Virus record (IMG/VR): IMGVR_UViG_3300043598_000012
Span: 16,881 to 80,880 of that record
Direction: 5' to 3' (one strand)
Length of the DNA: 64,000 nucleotides
DNA from: a virus
Made by a program: the position numbers and the translations under genes. Shown here one piece after another: positions 1 to 10,100 of this stretch (the first letter of the stretch is position 1; each line of letters starts with the position of its first letter). Below the pieces are notes generated by a model that ran no database searches, had not been told where the DNA came from, and worked only from the letters and a program-made list of their open reading frames with translations.

Positions 1-449
1 GCGGTCGACCTGTGGGCTCGTACCTCCCAGCTCATCTACGACGAGCAGGGGTTCGAACGTCTGAGGGAGTGCCAGCAGCTGGCCATGGCTTCTAGCCACC
101 CGCATGCCGAGCTCCGTCAGATGTACTTGGCGATGGTGTCGGGCTGATGCGTGAATCAGAGTTCGTGCGCAGGTTGGACGAAGTCATCAGACAGATTGCA
201 GTGGATATCGGCTGTAAGACTGGAGACATGCCTCCCGACCTCAATCCGTTCCCTCGTTTGAACTGGCGATACCGTGCACGCTGACAACCCACACCTGTCG
301 ATAGATGACCTGGAGCGGATGCGAGAGAAGTATGTAAAGGCTGGTAGGACAGCCTGGTTTGAGGGCCTCTACCCAGACGAGTTTGAAGAGGCGGAGCGTT
401 TGTTGAACGAGTTGCCCGCCAACCACCCTCTTAGCAAGATCACACGCAG

Positions 450-1460
450 ATGCTAGCCGAAGAACTCGGCATAACAAGCGTGGAAGATGTATTAGAACGA
501 CGGCTTGGGCTAGACGGTCTACGACAGGGTCGTGAGTACCAAATTTATTGCCCGAACCCCAATCACGAGGACCACAATCTGGGCAGCTGCTCCGTCAACC
601 TCACTACGGGGCTCTGGAAGTGTTGGGCATGCGGAGCGCACGGAGACCTCATTCGGCTTGTCTCGCTCTCCCAGGGCATCGCTACCCTGGAGGCCAAGCG
701 AGCTCTACAGCCGAACACGAGGGAGGCTCTAGCTGCCTCGACTAGCTACAAGTTGAGTCAGGCGCTGGCTTCTGCTAGGCCGAGCAAGCATGCGCGCGCG
801 TTGGGCGGACCCTACGAGAGCGGTCCTCTGACGGAGCTCCGCAACAGAGGGTTCTCCGCAGAGACGCTCAAGCGGTGGGGGGTGCGTTGGGTGGCGGAAG
901 AGCAGCTCGCCAAGAAGGATCCCAAGCCGGACGAGCTTCCGACCTACACTATCCGTCAGTGCTACGCCATCCCTGTAGAGGACGAGCACAGCCAGCTCCT
1001 CTCTTGGTGTTATCGGCGGACAGGTGATTCGCCCAACTGGCAGCCACGGTACCTCTACTCCACCCACGCTGACATCGGGGCTATGTGGTTCGGGCTCCGC
1101 CACCACGCCAACGAGCGAGCCGTCTACGTGGTCGAGGGGGCTCTCGACGCCATGTGGCTGGACCAGGCGGGGCTGCCAGCTCTGGCGATGCTCGGCGCCG
1201 GTCTCAGCGACCAGAAGGTGCGCAGGTTGCTCCGCTATCGAGAGGTCACGGTGTTCGCCGATCGGGACAACGGCGGGCTTCAAGCTCTTCTCACCCTAGG
1301 TCGAGTGCTGGGAGGCAACCTACGTCTAAGGGTAGCCCGGTACCCAAGCTGGTACTCCAAGGACGGCAAGGTTGACCCGCAGAACGTTCACCCAGTAGAT
1401 CTCGAGATCGCGGCGCACCGAGCTCTACCGTGGCAAGTCTTCCTACGAGCCTTCGCTTGA
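450..1460 (+). CDS. DnaG-type DNA primase (CHC2 zinc finger + TOPRIM)
   Basis: N-terminal CPNPNHED...WKCWACG zinc-binding motif; TOPRIM motifs VVEGALDAM and FADRDNGG. Confidence 0.9.
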   Translation: MLAEELGITSVEDVLERRLGLDGLRQGREYQIYCPNPNHEDHNLGSCSVNLTTGLWKCWACGAHGDLIRLVSLSQGIATLEAKRALQPNTREALAASTSYKLSQALASARPSKHARALGGPYESGPLTELRNRGFSAETLKRWGVRWVAEEQLAKKDPKPDELPTYTIRQCYAIPVEDEHSQLLSWCYRRTGDSPNWQPRYLYSTHADIGAMWFGLRHHANERAVYVVEGALDAMWLDQAGLPALAMLGAGLSDQKVRRLLRYREVTVFADRDNGGLQALLTLGRVLGGNLRLRVARYPSWYSKDGKVDPQNVHPVDLEIAAHRALPWQVFLRAFA

Positions 1461-1521
1461 GGTAGCAGATTTTTTCTACGAATCACGTGCCTTCTGTTGG
1501 CGTCTGTGCTAAGATGCTCGT
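1461..1521 (+). promoter_or_regulatory. Conserved leaderless promoter element, copy 1
   Basis: GGTAG(1461)-21 bp-GTGCCT-17 bp-TAAGAT-6 bp-ATG(1522). Confidence 0.85.
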
Positions 1522-1824
1522 ATGACCACCACTAACGAGTGCCTCCACGGAGGCTACCACCAGCCAGGGCAGTGCCCGGAGGCCAATGTCTTCGAGCGAG
1601 AGGCCTTCTACGACGAGCTCTACGAGCGGCAGGTGATGTCGGTCCTCGACCATGCCGAGACCATCGACGATTCCCGCACGCTCGCCGACCTGGACTTCGA
1701 GCCCCGCACCGTTGAGATCTGTCCAGACTGTGGCTCTGGTCACACCACTGAGTCTCGCATCTGGCGTGATGGCGAGCCGACCAACTTCTGCTGCACCGAA
1801 TGCGGAGCGAGGTGGACGCTGTGA
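1522..1824 (+). CDS. Hypothetical zinc-ribbon protein (leaderless)
   Basis: CPDCG...CCTECG motifs; starts at the predicted +1 of promoter copy 1. Confidence 0.7.
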   Translation: MTTTNECLHGGYHQPGQCPEANVFEREAFYDELYERQVMSVLDHAETIDDSRTLADLDFEPRTVEICPDCGSGHTTESRIWRDGEPTNFCCTECGARWTL

Positions 1825-2231
1825 ACATCATCGACAAGCTCGCAGAGCAGGGCATCGATCGAGAGCGGTTGGAGCGGGTGATGAAGCCCAAGGCAGAGAA
1901 CTGGGGTCACCTCGTCTATGCCTTCGAAGTGGTCACTGTGTTGGGAACGGTCCTCGACGCCATGCAAGAGGAGGTTCGCTGGCCTGACGTTGCTGACGAG
2001 CTCTATGACGCTCTTCAAGACGCTGCTGATGACAACAGCAATTGGTTGGAGCGTACCTACAGAGAGATCGAGGTCGCTTACTCCCGAGCATCTGTTGATG
2101 CTCTCAGCAAGATCTTCAAGCACTTGCGTGACCTTGATCAGCGTGGCCGCGATGAGGTGACTCGGGACGGTTGCCGTCGGGCCATGGCCATAGTCGAGCG
2201 ACTTCGATCTGCAACGGCAGCGGGCAGTTAG
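1821..2231 (+). CDS. Hypothetical helical protein
   Basis: GTG overlaps the upstream stop (GTGA); phage-typical codon usage. Confidence 0.6.
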   Translation: MNIIDKLAEQGIDRERLERVMKPKAENWGHLVYAFEVVTVLGTVLDAMQEEVRWPDVADELYDALQDAADDNSNWLERTYREIEVAYSRASVDALSKIFKHLRDLDQRGRDEVTRDGCRRAMAIVERLRSATAAGS

Positions 2232-2304
2232 CATCTGTGCGCAGCTCAACCAGCTCAGCCAAGATGAACCAGCACACCACCAACCATGTAGAAGCAGGAG
2301 ACCG

Positions 2305-2760
2305 ATGACCCCCACTGCAACCCCCATCTCTGTCGACGACCAATGGGCAGCCGCCCAGCGGGAGTTCGGTAAGAAGGTGAAGACCTTCGCCCGCAATAGT
2401 GCCTATGCCGTACCCGGCTACGACGAGGTGGACATGGAGCAAGAGCTCCTCGTCGTGCTGTGGGAATGCGTGGTGAACTACGACCCCGGCAAGGGAGCTC
2501 GGTTCAACACCTACTTCCAGACCTCCGCCAAGAACCGTATCGTGAGCCTGATCCGGCGGTTCCAGGCTCTGAGCCGCACGGCTGAAGTAGCATCTCTAGA
2601 CGTAGAGGCTGTGTCGCTAGCGGTGGACGAGGTGTTCGCCAAGGGCTACTCCGCTGAGGACACCGCGCTGTTGCGCATGGAAGTGCGTGAGGCAGTAGCC
2701 ACCCACGGAGAGGCATCCCTTGAGGGACGACGAGGACGGAAGCCGAAGCGGGTCGCCTAG
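2305..2760 (+). CDS. Sigma-70-family factor, region 2 only (truncated)
   Basis: DEVDMEQELLVVLWECVVNYDPGKGARFNTYFQTSAKNRI matches sigma region 2; no region-4 HTH visible; AGGAG RBS. Confidence 0.8.
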   Translation: MTPTATPISVDDQWAAAQREFGKKVKTFARNSAYAVPGYDEVDMEQELLVVLWECVVNYDPGKGARFNTYFQTSAKNRIVSLIRRFQALSRTAEVASLDVEAVSLAVDEVFAKGYSAEDTALLRMEVREAVATHGEASLEGRRGRKPKRVA

Positions 2761-2982
2761 CTCTAGGCAGGTAGACCACCTGGCCAACCCTCGTGCCGCT
2801 AGGTTCCTCGACTCGCTGGCTGCCCACCCGTTCCTCTGCATCGTCGTAGAGGGCGATAGGGTCAAGCTCTACGAGAAGGACATGGCGCCGGAGGCTCTAG
2901 AGGACCTCCTCACGGCTCTGGAGCGTACCATACCAGAGCGAGCTGCTGACCTAGGCAGCGAAATGCCCGGAGGAGGCAGTTA

Positions 2983-3756
2983 GTGGGTCTCACTGCTAAG
3001 ACGTTTAAGGGACTTGACAAGAAGCGCATGAAGAAGCGGTCAGGTGGTGGCGGGGACCGCGTCAAGGTGGAGGACGACAAGCCCAATACCGTGCAGTTCT
3101 ACGTCGCTCCTGACGAGTTCGAGGAGTTCGAGCAGCACGGGTGGCAGAGCGGCGGCAACTGGAATTTCGTCCCCTGCGCAGGCGAGGGTTGCCCGCTGTG
3201 CACCAATGAGGATGAGAAGATCCGTAAAACGAGCTACCGCTTCTGTGCGCCGGTCTTCGACCACAAGCAGAAGAAGAGTCTCATCCTCGAAGGTCCGCAG
3301 ACGATGGCGAGCATCATCTTCCGGCGCTACGAGGCTTGCGAGCGTCGGCGGGCGGGCTCGTTCCTCCGCAAGGTTTGGGATGTCACTCGGTTCAGCGGGA
3401 CTCCCACTACCTTCGATTGCGAGGAGAGCGAGAGCACGGCCAAGAACCCCAACGGGTTGCCGGAGCGGCTCGACCCCGCCAAGTACATCCAGGCTCAGAT
3501 GGACCGCTACTACGAGAACGCCTCGGCGGACGTGTCAGCCCTGGATGATAACTTCGATGGCGACAGCTTCGAGGAAGACGAGGATTGGCTGGACCTCGAC
3601 GAGGAAGGTGAAGAGGCCTGGGACAAGGAGTCCCTCCTGGCCCTGAAGCCGTCTGAGCTCAAGGACGCCGCCGCCGAGTTCAACATCAAGGTGCGCGAGG
3701 TCACTCGGGAGAACCGACCCAAGCTCATCGCAGCCATCCTGCGCAAGCAGGGCTAG
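2983..3756 (+). CDS. Single-stranded DNA-binding protein (gp32-like) with C-terminal Rho-N/HeH-like domain
   Basis: C..CPLC zinc motif, acidic linker, located in the replication cluster. Confidence 0.65.
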   Translation: MGLTAKTFKGLDKKRMKKRSGGGGDRVKVEDDKPNTVQFYVAPDEFEEFEQHGWQSGGNWNFVPCAGEGCPLCTNEDEKIRKTSYRFCAPVFDHKQKKSLILEGPQTMASIIFRRYEACERRRAGSFLRKVWDVTRFSGTPTTFDCEESESTAKNPNGLPERLDPAKYIQAQMDRYYENASADVSALDDNFDGDSFEEDEDWLDLDEEGEEAWDKESLLALKPSELKDAAAEFNIKVREVTRENRPKLIAAILRKQG

Positions 3757-3796
3757 TCCAACCCCAAGCAAAACCAACAACAAGGAGACCACACAC

Positions 3797-4324
3797 GTGG
3801 GAAGCAGCAAGATCAAGAAGGCACTCACGGCGCTGGAGGAGGCGCTCGGTGAAGCGGGGTTGGACTCTGTCCACGTCTCGCTCCAGATCCCGATCGGCTC
3901 CGGAGGCGTCTCGGAGGACGACCTCGACGACGGCGAAGAGGCCGTCGACGACGAGGACTGGGAGGAGGGTGGCGAAGAGGAAGAGGGCGAAGGCGAGCCC
4001 TACACTCGCGACGAGCTTGACGCCATGGAGACCAGCGACGTGCAGGCCATCTACAAGGAGCTCGTCGGTCCCCTGAAGCCTCGTACTCGCAAGAACACCC
4101 TCGTCACCGAGATCCTGGAGGCGCAGGAGGCTGGCGACGAGGAAGAGGGCGAGGAGGCTGGTGACGACGACTGGGACGACGAGGTCGTTGACGAGGAGGC
4201 TGAGCCCGAGGAGGAGGCCGAAGACGGCTGGGACGACGACTGGGATGACGAGCCGGAGCCCGCTCCCACCAAGCGTCCCGCCAAGAAGGCTGCTCCGGTC
4301 AAGAAGGCGGCGAAGCGCCGATGA
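3797..4324 (+). CDS. Very acidic protein with central HeH (Rho-N-like) domain and basic PAKK tail
   Basis: D/E/W-rich tracts; YTRDELDAM...KNTLVTEILEAQ; strong AAGGAG RBS. Confidence 0.7.
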   Translation: MGSSKIKKALTALEEALGEAGLDSVHVSLQIPIGSGGVSEDDLDDGEEAVDDEDWEEGGEEEEGEGEPYTRDELDAMETSDVQAIYKELVGPLKPRTRKNTLVTEILEAQEAGDEEEGEEAGDDDWDDEVVDEEAEPEEEAEDGWDDDWDDEPEPAPTKRPAKKAAPVKKAAKRR

Positions 4325-4605
4325 ACCGCACCGAGTTCATCAACGACCTCACCGAGTCCATGGATGGCCACGGTCTGAGCAAGACAGTCGTCAAGGCCAC
4401 GGTGGAGGCCTTCGAGGAGCTCGTCAAGGACGAGCTCGCCGAGGGAAGCGGCAGCGTCGTGCTCAGCGGGTTCGTCAAGTTCGAGCGGAAGGAGCGTGCC
4501 GCTCGCACGGGTCGCAACCCTCAGACGGGTGCGGAGATCCAGATCCCCGCCAAGACGGTGGTCAAGGTTACCCCGCTGAAGGCGTTCAAGGACGCCGTCC
4601 TCTAG
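4321..4605 (+). CDS. hup: HU family histone-like DNA-binding protein
   Basis: MNRTEFI...LSGFVKF...RAARTGRNPQTGAEIQIPAK HU/IHF signature. Confidence 0.95.
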   Translation: MNRTEFINDLTESMDGHGLSKTVVKATVEAFEELVKDELAEGSGSVVLSGFVKFERKERAARTGRNPQTGAEIQIPAKTVVKVTPLKAFKDAVL

Positions 4606-4625
4606 TCCGCCCACCATAGCAGCCA

Positions 4626-4663
4626 GAAGGGGAGTCGTCTCGGTGTTGGGGCGACTCCCCTTC
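4626..4663 (+). terminator. Stem-loop terminator after HU
   Basis: GAAGGGGAGTCG...CGACTCCCCTTC inverted repeat. Confidence 0.75.
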
Positions 4664-4682
4664 CTCGTCTAGGAGGTGCAGC

Positions 4683-5279
4683 ATGCGCATGAAGAAGGGG
4701 TCCCTCGTCGTTGTGGAGGGGCTCGACTCAACAGGAAAGACGACGCTCGTGGACGCTCTAGCAGAGCACGTCCACGGCATCACGGCGGTGCACTCGCCCA
4801 GCGGTGGCGGTGAATTGGGCCAGGAGATCTACGAGCTCACCGAGCGGCCCAGGCCAATGGAGGGGCTTACTCGTCAGTTCTTACATCTTGCGGCCCACGT
4901 TGAGATTTACCAGAACACAGTAATCCCTGCCCTCTCGCAGAGCGCGGTCGTGATGGACAGGAACTGGTGTTCTACTTACGCCTACGGGATCGCAGGAGGC
5001 GTGCTGAAGAGCACCCCCATCTTCTCAGCCGATTGGTATGACACCGTGCAGTACCCTGCTCAGGGACAGGTGCCAGATCTCGTCGTGCTCTGCTTGGAGC
5101 CTCATCGAGACGACCGCCACAACACGCCGGAGCTCGAAGCTGCGTACCTTGATCTCAAGCGGAGGCTCGACAAGGACCCCGCTCTCAAGCACGTCCGGAT
5201 CATGCCCAAGCTCAGCAAGCGGGCACAGCTCATCGCTTTGATGCAGATGTGCCAGGAAGCCAACCTCACAAGGAGCTAG
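4683..5279 (+). CDS. tmk: Thymidylate-kinase-family dNMP kinase (candidate 5hmdUMP kinase)
   Basis: VVEGLDSTGKTT P-loop, VVMDR motif, adjacent to the TS-family gene. Confidence 0.85.
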   Translation: MRMKKGSLVVVEGLDSTGKTTLVDALAEHVHGITAVHSPSGGGELGQEIYELTERPRPMEGLTRQFLHLAAHVEIYQNTVIPALSQSAVVMDRNWCSTYAYGIAGGVLKSTPIFSADWYDTVQYPAQGQVPDLVVLCLEPHRDDRHNTPELEAAYLDLKRRLDKDPALKHVRIMPKLSKRAQLIALMQMCQEANLTRS

Positions 5280-5281
5280 CG

Positions 5282-6388
5282 ATGCACGAGTTCGTAGGCG
5301 AGGTCAATGAGGTGTACCCCGCCATGCTGCAAGCGGTGTTCAAGTTCGGCGAGCGTGTGCCGTCGAGAGTCGCCCCCACCATCGAGCTGCACCCCCTCGT
5401 GGCCGAGTTCGAGAACCCTCGTCGGCGTCTCGTCACCTCGTACGGCAGGGCAGTCAACGTGCCGTTCATGCTGGCTGAGGTGGTGCACATCCTCAACGGG
5501 CGAGAAGACCTCGCCTTCCTCGACCAGTTCAACAGCCAGGTCAAGGAGTACAGCGACGACGGTGTGCGCTTCAATGCTGCCTACGGACACCGGCTCCGTC
5601 ACGCACACGGCTACGACCAGGTCAGGGATGTCATCAAGCTCCTCAAGCGGGACCGGGGTACCCGTCAGGCGACGCTCACGATCTGGCACCCAGACGACCG
5701 CCATCACGAGCTTGTGCACGTCGAGTCGCACAACGGCGGTGTCGGTGATGGATGGAGCAAGGAAGAACCTCGCCAGGTCAAGGACCGGGCCTGCAACCTG
5801 CTCGCCCACCTGATGATCCGGGATGGTGTGCTCAACTGGATGCAGGTCATGCGGAGCAATGACGCCATCTGGGGGCTCCCCTACAACCTCATGCAATGGA
5901 CCTACCTCATGGAGTACATCGCCAACGAGGTGGGCGTGGAGCTCGGCGTCTACCGGCATATCGCCGACAGTTTCCACATCTACGACTACCACGAGGACGA
6001 GGCAAGCAAGGTCGCGCCCTTCGACCTCTACGAGCATCAGGGCCTGCGCTCTCGTTCGCATGCTCCGATGATCGCTGACGAATCTGCGTTGGAAGCAGCG
6101 GTCGAGCTCGCCAACCATGGTTGGAGCAGCGTTCATCACCCCGGCAACGTTCCTCAGTGGGTGATCGACTTTGGCCAGATCTGGTCAAGCTGGCGCTCCT
6201 ATAAGGAGCTCGACGATGCCGGAGCCCAGCATCAACTGACACGCGCCAACGATCAGATCTTCGCAGCGGCGACTTATCGCTTCTACTGGTCCAACCGCTG
6301 GCACAAGCAGGACCCCGGTCATCCGCGCCCAGACACCGTCAGAGCCGCATGGGGTTCGACCATCGGTGACTGGATCATGGCGTCATGA
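5282..6388 (+). CDS. Thymidylate synthase superfamily enzyme, probably dUMP hydroxymethylase
   Basis: AYGHRL, catalytic KDRACN, RSNDAIWGLPYN (Asn implies uracil specificity), SFHIY; co-occurs with 5hmU-modifying enzymes. Confidence 0.8.
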   Translation: MHEFVGEVNEVYPAMLQAVFKFGERVPSRVAPTIELHPLVAEFENPRRRLVTSYGRAVNVPFMLAEVVHILNGREDLAFLDQFNSQVKEYSDDGVRFNAAYGHRLRHAHGYDQVRDVIKLLKRDRGTRQATLTIWHPDDRHHELVHVESHNGGVGDGWSKEEPRQVKDRACNLLAHLMIRDGVLNWMQVMRSNDAIWGLPYNLMQWTYLMEYIANEVGVELGVYRHIADSFHIYDYHEDEASKVAPFDLYEHQGLRSRSHAPMIADESALEAAVELANHGWSSVHHPGNVPQWVIDFGQIWSSWRSYKELDDAGAQHQLTRANDQIFAAATYRFYWSNRWHKQDPGHPRPDTVRAAWGSTIGDWIMAS

Positions 6389-6555
6389 CCACACTGCTTC
6401 AGATGCCTGTCGAGAAGTACATGGACGAGCGGGCGTTCGAGTTCGAGCAACTCGCCGCTCACGCCAAGACCAACCCGCTCGACCTACGGGTGGCGCTCTC
6501 CAACGTCTTCGTCTCTATGGCCCGCCAGGGTCACATGCGTACCCTCAAGAGGTGA
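6385..6555 (+). CDS. Small hypothetical protein (56 aa)
   Basis: ATGA overlap with the TS stop; typical codon usage. Confidence 0.55.
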   Translation: MTTLLQMPVEKYMDERAFEFEQLAAHAKTNPLDLRVALSNVFVSMARQGHMRTLKR

Positions 6556-6589
6556 CTCGCCTAGTACACTAGAGGCTACAATGGTCCGT

Positions 6590-7129
6590 ATGGACCACGT
6601 CTCGATCTACGCCCTTTGCGACCCTGGCGGAGAGATCCGTTATGTAGGAAAGACGATGCAGCCGGTGAGCAACCGACTATCCATGCACGTCGCTGAAGCC
6701 AAGAACCCTCGATACCAGTGTCACAGACTCAACTGGATTCGATCTCTGTTGGATCAGGGAGCTCGCCCGGAAGCTGTGCTGCTGATGAAGGTGCCTGTCG
6801 CAGAGTGGGAGCTCTGGGAGTGCACCTAGATTGCTGTGTTGCGGGAGGCAGGCTACCGCCTGGTTAACAACACAGACGGTGGGGACGGGCGTGTAGGCCC
6901 ATTGAGCGAAGAGACGCGCCGCAAGATCGGCGAGGCCCATCGGGGGAAGCCGGTCAACCAGCCTGGCGTACCTTTGAAGGTGACGCACCGAGCGGCCATC
7001 AGCCGGTCGCTGGCAGGGAACCAACGAGGCAAAGGGAACCGTGGCAAGAAGCTCAGTGAAGAGCACAAGCGGAAGATCGGCGAGGCGCGACGCCGAGCCT
7101 ACGAGCGCCAGAGGGCAGAAGCCAGGTGA
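6590..7129 (+). pseudogene. GIY-YIG/NUMOD3 homing endonuclease broken by an in-frame TAG at 6827-6829
   Basis: SIYAL...RYVGKT motif and NUMOD3 repeats (SEETRRKIGEAHRGK, SEEHKRKIGEA) in one frame, separated by a single TAG where W is expected. Confidence 0.8.
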
Positions 7130-10100
7130 TGCAGCGAAGGCGAAGGGCTCCAGGCTCGTTCACCTTCATTAGCTACGTGCACACCGATTATTCGTCACTA
7201 GACGGACTCGGTACCGTGCCTGAGTACGTCGAGAGGGCCAAGGCGGACGGCCAGGAGGCCCTGGCGATCACGGACCACGGCAACCTCTGTGGGCTCCCGG
7301 AGTTCTACAAGGAGTGCCGCAAGGCGGACATTGAACCAATCCTTGGTGAGGAGTTCTACTTCACCATCGACGCTGAACGCCACCGGCTAGAGACCAAGGG
7401 CAAGTCCACCAAGCACGAGGAAATGGCGGAGGCCGAGAGCGAGGGCCTGGGCCGCTACCACGTCGTGATCCTCGCCCGTGGGCAGCGAGGCTACGAGACG
7501 CTCTGCGAGCTCTCGACAGCCACGCACCACAACTTCTACGGCAAGCCGCTCCTCGACCGCAACATCGTCAACGAGCTCTCCGACAAGGACCGGGACAGCC
7601 TCGTGTGCCTCTCGGGCTGTGCGACCTCTGTGATCTCGAGAGCGGTGCTAGCAGGCGACATGCAAGGTGCTGCCCGACACCTCATCTGGTGGCGTGAGAT
7701 GTTCCCGCACTTCTACATCGAGCTTCAGCACCACGACACCGACTTCGATCGAGAGATCAACCGAGGGCTCTTGCGGCTCGCCAAGCGGTACGAGGTGCCC
7801 ATCGTCGTCACCAACGACCCGCACTACGCCGTGCCAGAGGACCATGAGCATCATGACGCGCTGCTTGCCATCCAGACGGCCAGCGACATCGACGACCCCG
7901 AACGTTTCGCCTTCTCCGGCTCCGGCTACCACCTCCGTACCGAGCGGGAGATGCGGGAGGCCTTCTCTCGCTATGGGTCTGAGGTCTGGAAGCCAGGCAT
8001 CCTCAACACGCAGGTGGTGGCTAAGCTTTGCCACACCAGGATCAAGGACTGGGAGAGCAAGACCTGGCACATCCCCAAGTTCCCTGACGTTGAAGACAGC
8101 CAAGCCTTCCTCCAGAAGTTGACCATCAAGGGGCTCAAGGAGCTGGGTCGGTTCAGCGACAGAGAGTACGTCAAGCGCGCCAAGTACGAGCTGGGCGTCT
8201 TCGAGGAGGTGGGCATAGCCGACTTCCTACTCATCACCTGGGACATCATCGAGGAGGCCAGGCGGCTTGGCATCGGTGTAGGTCCTGGGCGAGGCTCCGT
8301 GTGTGGAACCCTCGTTGGCCAGACCATCCGTCTCCACAAGATCGATCCGATCAAGTACGAGCTGCGGTTCGACCGCTTCTTGAACCCCGCTCGCCCAAAG
8401 ATGCCCGACATCGACACCGACTTCAGCCAGGAGCGGCGGGAGGAGCTCTTCCCCTACATCATCAGGAAGTACGGCGCCGAGAACGTGGTGACTGTCTGCG
8501 CCTACCAGACGCTGAGGCTCAAGAGCGCCTTCCAGTCCATGGCCCGAGCCTACGGCATCGAGTGGAACGAGCGGCAGAAGCTGACTAAGCTCCTCGCCAA
8601 CGACGACGAGAACAGCATCGACCTCCTGCCCGACGAGCTCCGTGAGGCACACCCCGAACTGGCTTCACGCATGCTTCGGCTCTCGGGCACCAAGAAGGGT
8701 GTCAGCCAGCACCCAGCCGGAGTGATCATTGCTGACCCCAAGGATCGTATTGCCAAGATGGTCCCAGAGATGTGGATCGCCTCCAGCAAGCGGATGGTTG
8801 GCCAGTACGATCTCTTGGCAGCAGAGGCAATGCACCTGCTCAAGCAGGACCTACTTGGGCTCCGCACGATCGACACCATCGAGCACAGCGTCGATCTCAT
8901 CGAGCAGAGCACAGGTGAGGTGCTAGATCCTGACTCGTGGGTGCCAGACGACGAGCCAGGTGACGACAAGGTCTGGGAGATGCTGGCGGAGGGTCGCACA
9001 GGTGGCGTGTTCCAGATGGAGGGACCGGCCAACCAGCAGGGTTGTCGAGAGGTGCAGCCCAATTGCTTTGAAGACGTGGTGAGCATCACCGCGCTCTACC
9101 GCACCGGCGCCATGTCGGCGGGCTTTCCCAAGGTGTTCAATGAGAACCGCCGTAAAGGCACCATCGACTTCATCCACCCTGACCTAGAGCCTATCCTGGG
9201 CCACACCTCTGGCGTGGTGCTCTACCAGGAGCAGGTCATGGACATGGGGGAGTTCCTCGCTGGGTTCGACATGGTACAGGTAGACGATATCAAGGACGCC
9301 ATCAAGAAGAAGGATCCCAAGGTCTTCGCCATCATCTCTCCCCTGTTCATCAGGGGTTGCATGGAGCACAGCGGGATGAGTGAGTCGGTAGCCAAGGAGA
9401 TCTGGCGTTACATCGAGGGCTATGCGGGGTATGGCTACAACCGGTCGCATGCCGTGGCCTACACCATGCTGACCTACCAGACAGCTCGACTCAAGGCTCT
9501 TTACCCCCTAGAGTTCCTCACAGCTCTGCTCCGCACGGTCAAGGGCTCCTCCAAGGAGGCCAAGGCCAAGCGAGAGGGCTACATGAGGGAGCTCATGGAG
9601 TACGGCTACACGATGCTGACTCCTTGCATCAACCGCTCTGACGAGCTCGCCACACCAGACGTCGAGCACGAGGGTGTCAGGTTTGGACTCTCAGACATCG
9701 CTGGCGTAGGTCACAAGGCCGCCAGCAAGATCGTTGATGGGCGCCCCGAGGGAGGCTACACGTCGGTCAAGACGCTGATGGCGGTGGCCAACAACACCGG
9801 CACCATGGACCACCTGCACGACGCCTGTGCCCTGGAGGTGCTCGGGGCTCCAGGAGACCTTAACGTAGCAGAAGAGAAGCTCAACTGGCAGTTCGTCGAC
9901 CGCATGGCAACTTACCGAGAGAAGTACGCGCTCAAGGTGCGGTTGCCCGTCGAGAACAAGAACGACAAGTGCCTGATCATCGGGGAGATCCGCAAGATCA
10001 CTCGGGGCACTACCAAGGGCAACAAGCCATACGTCACCTGGCACCTTCAGTGGGACATCACGCACACGTACGATATCCGTCTGTGGAGCGGGACCGACTC

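Noticed and set aside
6827-6829. Genome-wide TAG recoding suggested by the in-frame TAG
   Set aside because: Many confident genes (sigma, SSB, HU, RecA, portal) end at TAG at their expected lengths; a single nonsense change explains it
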